Positions 51,114 through 62,153 of a stretch of 64,000 nt of DNA are shown one piece after another. Position numbers and translations under genes: made by a program. This stretch comes from an uncultured Methanomicrobiaceae archaeon (GTDB lineage: Archaea > Halobacteriota > Methanomicrobia > Methanomicrobiales > Methanoculleaceae). The notes beneath the pieces were generated by a model. That model was not told the origin of the DNA. It searched no databases and was given only the letters and a program-made list of their open reading frames with translations. The stretch's first letter is position 1. Each line of letters starts with the position of its first letter. The DNA is taken from positions 544,001-608,000 of the forward strand of contig CAWGXH010000003.1 of the NCBI GenBank assembly GCA_963826525.1, read 5' to 3'.

Positions 51114-52911
51114 CTATCTCCGGCCGATCCCCTTCCCGGCAGCGTGCTTCTCGATGGCGTCGAGGAACTTCTGCCCGTACCGCTGCAGTTTCCCCTCGGA
51201 GACGCCGTATATCTTCAGGAACTCCGCGTCCGTGCGGGGATGGGACGCCGCCATCTCCCGGAGGCTCTTATCCTGAAAGACGACGTAGGGCGGCACCCGC
51301 TCGAGGTCGGCGAGCATCTTCCGGAGTTGCCGGAGCTTGAAGAAGAGCTCGGCATCGTGAGCCTTCTCGCCCCCGGCGATCCCCTCCTCTCTCGGCTCGG
51401 TGAGCGGGACGGCCGTTTTACCACCGAGAACCTTCCTGCTCGTCCCGTTCAGGGTGAGCACCGGATAGCGGCCGCCGGTGGAGGTGACGATCCCCTTCCT
51501 CACCATCTCCTGCAGAAAGGTCTGCCACTGGTCCCGGGTATACCCGGCTCCCGACCCGTATGCAGGCAGGGCATCGTGTCCGTTCTCGATGATTCGTGCG
51601 CTCTTCGAGCCGCAGATCACGTCTGCGACGTACGAGGCTCCGAACCGCTCGCCGGTCTGCCGGATGCATTCGATGATCGTCTTTGAAGCCTCGGTGCCGT
51701 CGAAATCCTGCACGGGCTTCTCGCAGCGGTCGCAGTTGCCGCAGCGCTCCTCCGGGTAGGCCTCGCCGAAGTAGCCGAGGAGGAACTTTCTCCGGCACTC
51801 GGTGGTCTCGCAGTAGTCGAGCATCTTCCCGGCCTTCCGGTAGGCCACGTCTTTCTGCGCCGGATCGCCGCACTCCTTCTCGATGAGGTACTTGATCGTC
51901 CGGTAGTCGCCCCGGCTGTAGAAGAGGATGCAGTCGCTCGCTTCGCCGTCTCTCCCTGCCCTGCCGGTTTCCTGGTAGTAGGACTCGATATCCTTCGGCA
52001 GGTCGGCGTGGATCACGAACCGCACGTCGGGTTTGTCGATCCCCATCCCGAAGGCGACGGTGGCGCAGACGATCGCGACATCGCCCCGGGTGAACTGCTC
52101 CTGGTGCTTGGCCCTGAGGCTATCCGGGAGCCCGGCATGGTAGGGCACCGCCCGGTAGCCCTTTGCCTGCAGTCTCTCCGCGAGTTCTTCCGTCGATCGC
52201 TGGGAGAAGCAGTAGATGATCCCGGCGTCCTCGCGGTGACTCTGCGAGGTACTTCTGCAGGGTGGGAAAGAAATTCGTCTTCGGGAGGATGCGGTAGTGG
52301 AGGTTTTTCCGGTTGAAACTCCCGGTGAACTCGGCGGGGGCGGATAGCCGGAGCTGCTTTACGATATCCTCTGCAACGGTGGGCGTGGCGGTCGCGGTGA
52401 GCGCGACGACGGGGATGCGCGGAAACTGCTCGCGAAGTGTCCGAAGCTTTCGATACTCGGGACGGAAGTTATGCCCCCACATCGATATGCAGTGCGCCTC
52501 GTCGACGGCGATGAGCCGGAGGTCGGAGCGCTTCAGCAGCGAGAGGAACCCGGGCGTCACCGCCCGCTCGGGGGAGACGTAGAGCAGCCGGAGTTTGCCG
52601 CCGAAGATCGCCCGTTCGGCGGCGGTCCGTTCGGCGTAGGTCAGGGTGCTGTTTAACGTGGCGGCGGGAATGCCGTTCGCCGTAAGGGCGTCCACCTGGT
52701 CTTTCATCAGGGCGATGAGGGGCGATACCACGACCGTCAGGCCGCCGAGCAGCAGGGCGGGGAGCTGGTAGCAGAGCGACTTTCCTCCCCCGGTCGCCAT
52801 GACGGCGACGACGTCCTTCCCGGCGAGGACGGCGTCGATGATCTCCTCCTGGAGGGGGCGAAACGTCGTGTAGCCAAAATATCTCTCGAGCATCTCGGTT
52901 TTTGTATTCAT
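51114..52911 (-). CDS. recQ: ATP-dependent DNA helicase RecQ with RQC and HRDC (frameshift near 52235)
   Basis: TGGGKSLCYQLP, DEAHCIS.WGHNFRPEY, ATVAFGMGIDK, QETGRAGRDG, Zn-binding cysteines and PPYVVF. Confidence 0.95.
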
Positions 52912-53031
52912 CGCAGGTTCCCGCTCCGGGCAATCGTGAATTGAAGGGTTGCACCGACGGACTGAAAGCATTTGCTTTTCTTGGCGGGGGGGATCGACAG
53001 GCATATCCGACATGGGGTCCCTGCACTGGGT

Positions 53032-53214
53032 ATGAAGAACATCGAGATGTCGGTCGAGGGGAACGTTCTTAGCATCCGCGTCGATCTTGCAAAGGAGTTC
53101 GGCATTTCAAAGAGCGGCAAGTCGATCACGATAGCGTCCACGGAAGGCAACATATCGGTTCCCGATCATGAAGAGATCAAGATCGGGCTGAATATCTACC
53201 GGAAGAAGGAGTGA
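53032..53214 (+). CDS. Conserved-looking small hypothetical protein (60 aa)
   Basis: L.I.VDL.KEFG.SKSGKS..IASTEGN...IGLNIY pattern; divergent from recQ. Confidence 0.75.
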   Translation: MKNIEMSVEGNVLSIRVDLAKEFGISKSGKSITIASTEGNISVPDHEEIKIGLNIYRKKE

Positions 53215-53544
53215 TCGTCCTCCTCCTCGAGGTCCTCGTGCAGCGCCCGGTGAGATCTCGCCTTCCGCATACCACCGTTCTATCAGATTTCGGGCTTCTT
53301 CCCGTGACCCGGCCCCGCCGCGCCGCTCCGTCCGGCGGACGACCCGGCACGGGAAGAAGAACAGAAATCCGATCATCGGGATGGCGACGGGGAAGAACCA
53401 GTAGAACCCTCGCATTCCCCGTGCGTTCGCATCGCGGCAGACCAGCATCCCGAGGACCAGGAGCACCGCCCACCCGGCGAGGAGCACCGTCGACGCGAAC
53501 GAAAGGATCTCAGGGCTGCCGAACGTGGCGCCTGGCATGGTCAC
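53196..53544 (-). CDS. Small membrane protein with a degenerate SHOCT-like tail
   Basis: Two TM segments, DANARGM and IERWYAEGEIS; 3' end uncertain because of an indel. Confidence 0.5.
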
Positions 53545-53583
53545 GAGTGAGGGGGTGCCGGTACTAATTCCTTTCCGTCCGGC

Positions 53584-55231
53584 TCACCACTCGCCCCGTG
53601 CGATCGGCATCCTCCAGCCGGTCCCGAATGCACGGTCGGTCACCTTCAGCCCCGGCGGAGCCTGCTTCCGCTTGAACTCGGCAGTCCTGACCATGCGGAG
53701 CACCGTGCGGACGAGGGCTTCCGGAAACCCCGCTTCGATGATCTCGGCCGCCGACTCGTGAAGGTCGATGTGGCGGAAGAGGATGGCGTCGAGGATCTCG
53801 TAGGGCGGCAGGGTATCCCGGTCGGTCTGGCCGGGGCGGAGCTCCGCCGAGGGCTCCTTTTCGATGATCGCCTCGGGGATGACGGGGCGGCCTTCGCGCT
53901 CGCTTAGCCAGCAGGCGATACGGTAGACCATCCCCTTCGGCACGTCGGCTATCACCGCAAGGCCGCCGGCCATATCGCCGTAGATGGTGGTGTACCCCAC
54001 CGAGATCTCGGATTTGTTCCCGGTGGAGAGGAGCAGGGAGCCGAATTTGTTGGCGATGCCCATCAGGATCACCGCCCGGATCCGTGCCTGCATATTCTCC
54101 TCGGTGATGTCCGGGGGAAGACCGGCGAAGACATCCGCCAGAATATCGTCGAACGCCACCATCGGCTCCCGGATGGGGAGGAGGGCGGTGCGGATCCCGA
54201 GGTTCGCCGCCAGCGCCTTCGCATCCTCGATGCTCCCGCCGCTCGAGTAGGGCGAGGGCATCATGACGCCGAGGACGTTCTCCGCCCCCACCGCTTCGGC
54301 GGCGACGGCGGCCACCAGGGACGAGTCGATGCCGCCCGAGAGCCCGAGGTGGACGGAGGTAAACCCGGTCTTCCTGGCATAGTCCCGGGTGCCGAGCACC
54401 AGCGCCCGCCAGATCTCCGATTCGGGTGCGAAATCGTCGGCGGCGATAGCGCCCGGGGCAGGACGGGCGAGATCGACCGTCGCCAGATCCTCGGCGAACC
54501 CCGCCGCCCGTGCGATCAGCCTTCCGGAGGCGTCGAATGCGGAGTCTCCTGCCGTCGAAGACCAGATCGTCGTTGCCGCCGACCTGGTTGACGTACACCA
54601 GGGGGATGCTGTTTTCCCTCGCGATACGGGAGAGCATCCTCTCCCTGACCGCCTGCTTTCCAGCGGTGAACGGCGAGGCGGATATGTTGACGATACACTC
54701 CGCCCCGGCGGTGGCGAGCTCGGCGATGGGGTCGGTATGGTAGCGCCGCCGGTTCCTGAAGTCACGGTTGTTCCAGATATCCTCGCAGATCGAGATACCG
54801 AGCCGCCGGTCGCCGAGCCTGAGGATCTGCGCTCCCCGGGCGGGCTCGAAGTAGCGGTCTTCGTCGAAGACGTCGTAGGTCGGAAGCAGCGTCTTGTGAA
54901 ATGTCTCGCGGACCCTGCCGCCGTGCAGGAGGGCAGCCGCATTAAATAAAGGACGGCCGGCGGCCTCCGGGTTCTGCTCCGGGAAGCCGACCAGGACCGG
55001 CGGAGCGTCGGCGAGCCGCTCGGCAAGCCCGTCCAGCACCTCGCAGGCCCGTGCCACGAACCGGTCTACCAGGAGGAGGTCGCGGGGGGGATACCCGGAG
55101 AGCGCGAGCTCCGGGGTGACGATGAGATCGGGTCTCTGCACGCACGCTTTCCGGACGGCCGCTTCGATCCTCTCGGCGTTGCCGTCGAGATCGCCGACGG
55201 TCGTGTTGATCTGGAGAAGTGTCAGTCTCAT
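53584..55231 (-). CDS. nadE: Glutamine-dependent NAD+ synthetase (frameshift near 54548)
   Basis: Nitrilase domain (TPEL, K.LLPTYDVFDE.RYF, ICEDIW) plus GLSGGIDS, ENMQARIR, TGNKSE and PSAEL. Confidence 0.95.
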
Positions 55232-55526
55232 GGAGGCTCTGGCTCCCGTGAGGATACCGGAGACGGGGTATCCTCGCTGTACTGATCGATGTCTCGGGGA
55301 GACTGCTTATGCCTTTGCATCTCTCGGGCGGGAGCGTCCGGCCGTTCCTCTCTGCGCGGGATGGTGCCCGCGCCTGAGGTGGAGCCGTGCCGGGACGCGA
55401 TAGTGGCCCAAAGTCGCTCTGGTGCCGTGAATTTGGTTTTCCCGCCGGTGATATGACTATATACGAGCCACACCGAGATCGTACGCGAGAAGGCGAAGAG
55501 CAGTTGTTTAGCCCGGAGTCACGACT

Positions 55527-57514
55527 ATGGATCTTGATATTCTCACCCTCGTAACGGCCATCCTCTTAGTATCCATCTCCGTACTCTTCGTCTGCCAGCG
55601 GTTCAACATCCCGAGCATCGTCGGTTTTCTCCTCATCGGAATGGTGTCGGGACCTTTCGGGCTCGGCCTGATCAGCGATATCGAACAGGTCCAGGTGCTG
55701 GCGGAAGGCGGCATCATCCTCCTGCTCTTCACCATCGGCCTTGAGTTCTCCTTTGAAAAGCTCCTCAAAAGCCAGACGGACGATTGTGGTCGGCGGCCTC
55801 CTCCAGGTCCTGATCACCATCGGCGTCGTTGCGGTCGGCTCGTCGGTTCTGGGCCTCTCCTCGGGTGAATCGGTCTTCCTCGGGTTCCTCGTCGCACTCT
55901 CGAGCACCGCCATCGTCATGAAGGTCTTCCAGGAGCGGGGCGAGCTCGAGAGCCTTCCCGGGCAGGGCGGCCCTCGGGATTCTGATCTTCCAGGACCTCG
56001 TCATCATCCCGATGATGCTCGTAACCCCGTTCCTCGCAGGAGCCGGAGCCGCCGACTCCGGAGGGCTTCTGCAGATGGCGGTCTACGGCGTGCTCGTCCT
56101 TCTGGTGATCTTCGTCGGCGCCCGCCGGTTCGTCCCGAAGGTTCTCTTCCATGCCGCCCGCCGGTCGAGCCGCGAGCTCTTCCTCTTTACCGTGGCGGCG
56201 ACGGTCTTCTCGATCGCCTGGCTCACCTCGAGCGCCGGCCTCTCGCTCGCCCTCGGTGCGTTCTTCGCAGGACTGATCGTCGGCGAGTCGGAGTACCACA
56301 TCGAGGCGCTGAGCAGCATCGTCCCGTTCCGCGACGTGCTGACGGGGCTCTTCTTCATCTCAATCGGAATGCTGCTCAATACCGTTCAGGTGCTCACCCA
56401 TCCTGTCGAGGTGCTGCTCGTCGTCGCGGCCATCTTCGGCGTCAAAGCACTCTGCACCTCGCTCTCGGCGATCGTCCTCGGCCTTCCGATGCGGGCGGTG
56501 GTCGTGGTGGGCCTTGCACTCAGCCAGATCGGGGAGTTCTCGTTCATCCTCGCCGAGACCGGTATTCAGGCCGGCGTCATCGGCAGCCGGATCCACCAGG
56601 TCTTCCTTGCTGCTGCCATCATCACCATGACGGCGACACCGTTCCTGATCGGCGCCGCCCCGTGGGTAGGGGACATGCTGCAGGAGCGGGTTCCCGGTGC
56701 ACTCCGCGCCGGGAAACCGCATGCCGAACCGGAGCAGAAACGGCGGTCCGACCACCTGGTCCTCGTGGGCTTCGGCCTGACCGGGCGGAGCGTCGCCCAG
56801 GCGGCGAGTGTTGCCGGTATACCCTACACCGTCATCGAGTGCAATCCGGCCACGGTTCGGGAGGAGAAACTCCGTAATGTCGATATCCTCTACGGCGACG
56901 CTACGAGCCGCGAGGTTCTCGAGCATGCCGATCTCGGGCAGGCACGCGTGCTGGTCGTGGCCGTCTCCGACCGGTCGGCGATCGGCAGGGTGATCCGCAC
57001 CGCACGGGTGCTGAACCCGTCGATCTACGTCATCGCCAGGACCCGGTTCATGGCCGAGGTGACGCCGCTGATCGATCTCGGTGCCGATGAGGTGATCAGC
57101 GAGGAGTACGAGACCTCCATCGAGATCTTCGCCCGGGTGCTCGCCAAGTACTTCATCCCCCACGACGAGATCGAGCATCTCGTCGCAGAACTCCGGGGGA
57201 GCGGATACAAGATGCTTCGCCGCCCGTCCTCCTTCGAGCGGTCGCTCGACGACCTGAAGATCTGCGCTCCCGAACTCGCCATCTACACCGTCCGGGTCGC
57301 GCCGGGTTCCGTGATGGCGGGAAAGACCCTCGCCGAACTGAACCTGCGGCGAAACTACGGCGTGACCGTTCTTGTCATTCGCAGGGAGAGCAATGTGGTC
57401 GCCATACCCGGAGGAGAGGTTCCCATTGGCGAGGGCGACCTGCTCGTCATTCTTGCATCGGCAGGCGCCATGGACGCGATCGTCCCGCTCTTCAGGCCGT
57501 CTCCGGGGACGTGA
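55527..57514 (+). CDS. CPA2/Kef-type cation:proton antiporter with TrkA-N and TrkA-C domains (2 frameshifts)
   Basis: LLFTIGLEFS, LSSTAIV, FQDL, LSQIGEFSF, GFGLTG and YGDAT. Confidence 0.9.
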
Positions 57515-57841
57515 CCGATAAGACTCCGCCCGCCCGTTCTCGCCGTTGACCGCACTCTGTTTGAGGATGACGCGGAAAGAACTGCTTTAAACCTCGCATT
57601 CTGCCGGGATCGGGTTTTCCCACCTCATTTTTTGGTATCGTCAGATAATTATATATGTTTCTGATACCACGCTGTGGGCGGTCACCGGTTTGACCAAAGG
57701 GGGGGTACTATACCGCAGATTCATTCTTCGAAGCTGGTTGAAATGCCGGGCATCCGCGGCATCGATACGAAAGATAGGCACTACCGCATCCGGTGCAGGT
57801 TCCGCTCCTGCAGGCAACCGTCTCCGGCAGCATGATGGGTT

Positions 57842-59291
57842 ATGCTTGGCGATATCCTGCCTGCTCCCGATCTCCTCCGCCTTCGCGATGCCGTCGACCG
57901 CGGTTTTACCGAGCACCTTCTGCAGCACCGCGACCCAAGGCTTGCCAATTACCGGGCATGCAACTCCTGCGGTGCCTGCACGCCTTTCTGTCCCGCCCTG
58001 TATAACAGCCGTGCAGAACCCGGAAAACCCCTCTTTCTCCCGAGGATGGTGCCGAAAGCACTTCAGGCCGGAAAGAATCCCGACCTCGATCTGCACGACT
58101 GCATCCAGTGCTCTACCTGCGAGGTTCTCTGCCCGAACGGGATCAGCGTCGGGGGTATCGTCAATGCGTTCTACGAAGAGCGGCAGGAGCGGTCGTTCTT
58201 TCGGAGTATGCTCCGCACATGGGGTCAGCTGCCCGCATGGGCGTTCCTCCCGATCTATATGGAGCGGGGAAAGATCGGGCCGTTTGTCAGAAAGACCATG
58301 ACCAACCAGCACTCGGTGCATCCCCGGGCAATAGGGGAGGTAAGCGAGCTCCTCGGCAAGCCTTGCTCAACATCGTCGTTCTCTCCGAACATGTCGGCGG
58401 TGAGCGCAGCCTCCCGCAGGCAGGATCGATACGGTCTTCCACCTCAGATCCTGCTGCGCGTTCAACTTCCCGGGCGCCGATCGCGCTCAAAAGGGCATCT
58501 TCGAGGCGCTCGGCATCGGGTACGTCACCTCGGACGAGCAGACCTGCTGCGGCGGCGCGCCCTACTACATGGGCGGGGTGAGCTACGCCGCAAAAGCGCT
58601 CCTGACCGCACGGAACCTCACGGTCATCCACGACGCCCTGGAGGGCGGTGCCGAGGCGTATATCACCGGCATCTGCCCGACCTGCAGCGACTCGTACACC
58701 GGATGCCTCGATATCCTCGCCGATCGCGGCAACCGGGAGGTCATGAACGGTTCTCTCCGTGATATCGACCGGAGGATCGACCCCGGGATGCAGTTCCGGG
58801 TTGCGAACATCCTCGATCTCCTGCCGCCGTACCAGAGCGACCTGTCATCGCTGATCGAGGTGCCCTTCTCCGGTCTCTCCGCCGGCGTGCACGTCAGCTG
58901 CCACTATAAGAAACTCTCCGGCAGTATCCGGCAGTCCGGGAAGCTCTCCGATCTGGTCGGGATAACCGGTGCGAAGGTTGTGCGGAGCGATATGGAGAAC
59001 TACTGCTGCGGCGGCGTCAAGAACCTCTTCGACCGGTACCTCGGCGGTGAGAAGAGTATCCTCCCGGAGCTGAACCGGGCGGTCAAACGCGATGTGGGCG
59101 AGCGGGGGATCGACCTCATGATCGTCGACTGCCCCGGCTGCGAACTCGTCTACGATCATATGGGCGTGCCGGTTCTGCACCTTGCCGAATTCCTCGCGCT
59201 CGCGATGGGTGCCGACCCGGAAGAGACGGTCTGTCTGCAGCATCATATCACGCCGGTACTGCCGGTGCTGCAGAAGGCCGATATCCTGTAG
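57842..59291 (+). CDS. Heterodisulfide reductase-like HdrC + HdrB (fused or adjacent; indels near 58360-58420)
   Basis: Two CxxCxxCxxxCP ferredoxin motifs, then CCG domains (RSCC, QTCCGG, CPTC, HVSCHY, YCCGG, CPGC). Confidence 0.8.
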
Positions 59292-59455
59292 ACGGATTTT
59301 TCCTTCCGTTTCGGCGATTTTTACCGACAGAGCCGAATCCGGTCAGACGGCCCTGCTGCCTGAAGAGAATCCCGGTTGCGCAGCCCGTGGCAATAACCAC
59401 AGCACTTTTTAGCAATGAGGATTATGCCTCTTCCCGAGGAAGCCCTGGTATCCCT

Positions 59456-61630
59456 ATGGCGCCGGAGATGACAGACCGAGACGAGACGGAGATCCCGACG
59501 TTCGGGATGTTCAAAGGCGTGCTGGTACCCACGCTCCTGACGATCCTCGGGGTTATCATGTACCTGCGCCTCGGCTGGGTCGTCGGAAACGTCGGCCTGC
59601 TCGGCGCCTGGTCGATCATCCTCATCGCGTTCGGGATCACAACCGCCACGGCGCTCTCGATGTCGTCGATCGTCAGCAACGTCCGGATCGGTGCGGGAGG
59701 AGCGTATGCGATCATCTCGCGGTCGCTCGGGCTTGAGATCGGCGGCAGCGTCGGGGTGCCGCTCTACCTCTCGCTCGCCCTCTCGATGGCGCTGTATATC
59801 TTCGGGTTCCGGGAGGGGCTGCAGTATCTCTTTCCGCAGACATCGGCGCTCGTCATCGATTTTGCCGTTTTTGCGATCCTCTTCGTCATCGTCTTCGTCA
59901 GCACCGACGTTGCGTTCCGCATCCAGTACGTGATCCTCGCCGTCATCATCGCCTCGCTCATCTCGGTCTTCGCCGCCGGGCTGCTTGCGCCGCCGCCGCT
60001 GACGTTCACCGAGCCCGCCCCTCCCCTCTCCTACTGGGTCGTCTTTGCCGTCTTCTTCCCGGCGGCGACAGGGATCATGGCAGGCGTGAACATCTCGGGA
60101 GAGCTGAAAGATCCGCGGCGGAGCATCCCGGTGGGAACGCTCGCGGCGATCGCCGTCAGCCTCGCCGTGTACCTCGGGCTTGCCTTCTGGCTGGCCGGTT
60201 CCGCGACACCGGAAGCCCTGGTATCCGACTTCACCATCCTGATCCAGACGTCGGCGTTCGGCCTGCTCGTCCTGGCCGGGCTCCTCGCCGCGACCTTCTC
60301 CTCCGCCTTAAACTCGCTCGTCGGGGCTTCCCGCGTCCTCCAGGCCATGGGAGAGCACAACATCCTTCCCGGGAGCAGATGGATCACCCGGCGCTCTGCC
60401 GGCGGGGTTCCGAGAAATGCCCTCCTGCTGACCGGGCTGATCGTGGTTCTGGGGCTCCTGCTCCGCGACCTCAACGCGATCGCCCCGCTGATCACGCTGT
60501 TCTTCCTGATCACCTACGCTATGATCAATATCGTCATCCTGGTGGAGCAGAACCTGGGCCTGGTGAGTTTCCGCCCGCGCCTTACCATCCCGCGTGCCGT
60601 TCCGCTCGCCGGAACAGCCGGCTGCCTCTTTGCTATGTTCATCATCAACCCGCTCTTCAGCCTCTTTGCGATCATCCTGGTAGGAGCCTTTTACTACATC
60701 CTGATGCAGCGCCATCTGAACGGCACGACGCCATATGGCGACGTCAGGAGCAGCCTCTTCGTGGCACTGGCGGAATGGGCGGCAAAAAAGGCACAGACGC
60801 TCCCCGCATCCCAGGAACGGGCGTGGATGCCGAACCTGCTCGTCCCGGTCGACAATTCGGCGGAACTACGGGGAACCTCGGAGTTTATCCGCGACATAGC
60901 CTATCCCGGCGGCTCGGTCGGTATCCTCGGGGTGGACCATGGGCGCCAGGAGCTGCGCCTCGAGATGCATATCCCGTACCTTGCAGAAGACTTCCGGAGG
61001 GACGGCATCTTTACGACCTGGACGGTCGTCCGGGCTCCGACGTTTGCCGACGGGGTGGTGATCAGCATGCAGGCGCTCAAAAGGACAATATTCCCGCCGA
61101 ACATCGTCTTCCTCCGGATGCCGGGATCACCGGAGCGGGAGGGGGAGACCGCGACGATCATCCGGAGAGCCGCCGAGAGCCGGATGGGTGCCGTCCTCTA
61201 CGCCGCCCATCCGAAGGCCGGGCTCGGGCGCCGCAGGAGGATCAACCTCTGGATGCCGGAGGCGTGCATGGAGTGGACGCCCGGAACGGTACTGCCGAAC
61301 TGCGACCTTGCCATCCTGCTCGCCTACAAACTCGTGATCAACTGGAACGCAGCCGTCACCATCATCGCGGCGGTCGAAGACCCCGGGAGAGTCTCCGCCG
61401 TGCGTGAGAGCCTTTCGGCGCTTCTGGAGCAGGCACGCATCCCGCACGCCGAACTGCTGGTGGTGAACGACCGGTTTGACGACTACCTCGGCAGCGAACC
61501 GCAGGCGGATCTGAATATCTTCAGCCTCTCACCGGAGCCTGATTTTACAGCGATCCGGACGATCGTGGAGAGGACCCGTTCCACCTGCCTTTTCTGCCGC
61601 GATTCGACGAGCGAGAGCGCGTTGGTATGA
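59456..61630 (+). CDS. Cation-chloride cotransporter (SLC12-like) / APC permease
   Basis: GVLVPTLLTILGVIMYLRLGWVVG, GGAYAIISRSLG.EIGG and FFPAATGIMAG; large soluble C-terminal domain. Confidence 0.88.
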   Translation: MAPEMTDRDETEIPTFGMFKGVLVPTLLTILGVIMYLRLGWVVGNVGLLGAWSIILIAFGITTATALSMSSIVSNVRIGAGGAYAIISRSLGLEIGGSVGVPLYLSLALSMALYIFGFREGLQYLFPQTSALVIDFAVFAILFVIVFVSTDVAFRIQYVILAVIIASLISVFAAGLLAPPPLTFTEPAPPLSYWVVFAVFFPAATGIMAGVNISGELKDPRRSIPVGTLAAIAVSLAVYLGLAFWLAGSATPEALVSDFTILIQTSAFGLLVLAGLLAATFSSALNSLVGASRVLQAMGEHNILPGSRWITRRSAGGVPRNALLLTGLIVVLGLLLRDLNAIAPLITLFFLITYAMINIVILVEQNLGLVSFRPRLTIPRAVPLAGTAGCLFAMFIINPLFSLFAIILVGAFYYILMQRHLNGTTPYGDVRSSLFVALAEWAAKKAQTLPASQERAWMPNLLVPVDNSAELRGTSEFIRDIAYPGGSVGILGVDHGRQELRLEMHIPYLAEDFRRDGIFTTWTVVRAPTFADGVVISMQALKRTIFPPNIVFLRMPGSPEREGETATIIRRAAESRMGAVLYAAHPKAGLGRRRRINLWMPEACMEWTPGTVLPNCDLAILLAYKLVINWNAAVTIIAAVEDPGRVSAVRESLSALLEQARIPHAELLVVNDRFDDYLGSEPQADLNIFSLSPEPDFTAIRTIVERTRSTCLFCRDSTSESALV

Positions 61631-61641
61631 CGCCGCCCGGC

Positions 61642-61827
61642 TCACAGCAGGAAAGCCCAGGCAGAGTAGGAGACGATCACCATCACGACGATGACCACGA
61701 CGAAGACCTTGTACAGACAGCGGGTGCAGATACCGAGTACTCCGCTGCATTCCTCGCAGCAGGGTTCCGAACAGATCTTGCAGGTCGATGAAGCTTCGTT
61801 ATCGGGGTGACGCGAGCATGATGCCAT
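61642..61827 (-). CDS. Small B-box-like zinc-finger membrane protein
   Basis: CxxH...CxxC...CxxC...CxxC followed by a C-terminal TM helix. Confidence 0.72.
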   Translation of the reverse strand: MASCSRHPDNEASSTCKICSEPCCEECSGVLGICTRCLYKVFVVVIVVMVIVSYSAWAFLL

Positions 61828-62153
61828 TGCTGATTGTTGGACCGGGGGATGCTATGAATCTATTGAATGAACCGCGCATCTCCACCTCCTGCACTGCAAA
61901 CTGCTCGCAAACGGGAACGAACGGTCATCCGCCGGTACATGAGTGCCGGAGAAGTGTATCGCGGATCTCTCCCGGGAGGCAGTAGATCCCGGAAAAGGCG
62001 TGACAGCCCCGGAGATTCCCTGCAGGAACTGCAATTATTCCGGTAAACACCCTGCGCGCCTGATAACCATAATTCTCTTATCGGATGCAATATTATTTAA
62101 TTACAGCAATATAACTAGGTGAATAATTGAAATACGGGGGGTTAGCCGATACC

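Noticed and set aside
53584-55231. Programmed ribosomal frameshifting in nadE and other split genes
   Set aside because: No slippery heptamer at the junctions I examined; indels are scattered across unrelated genes.
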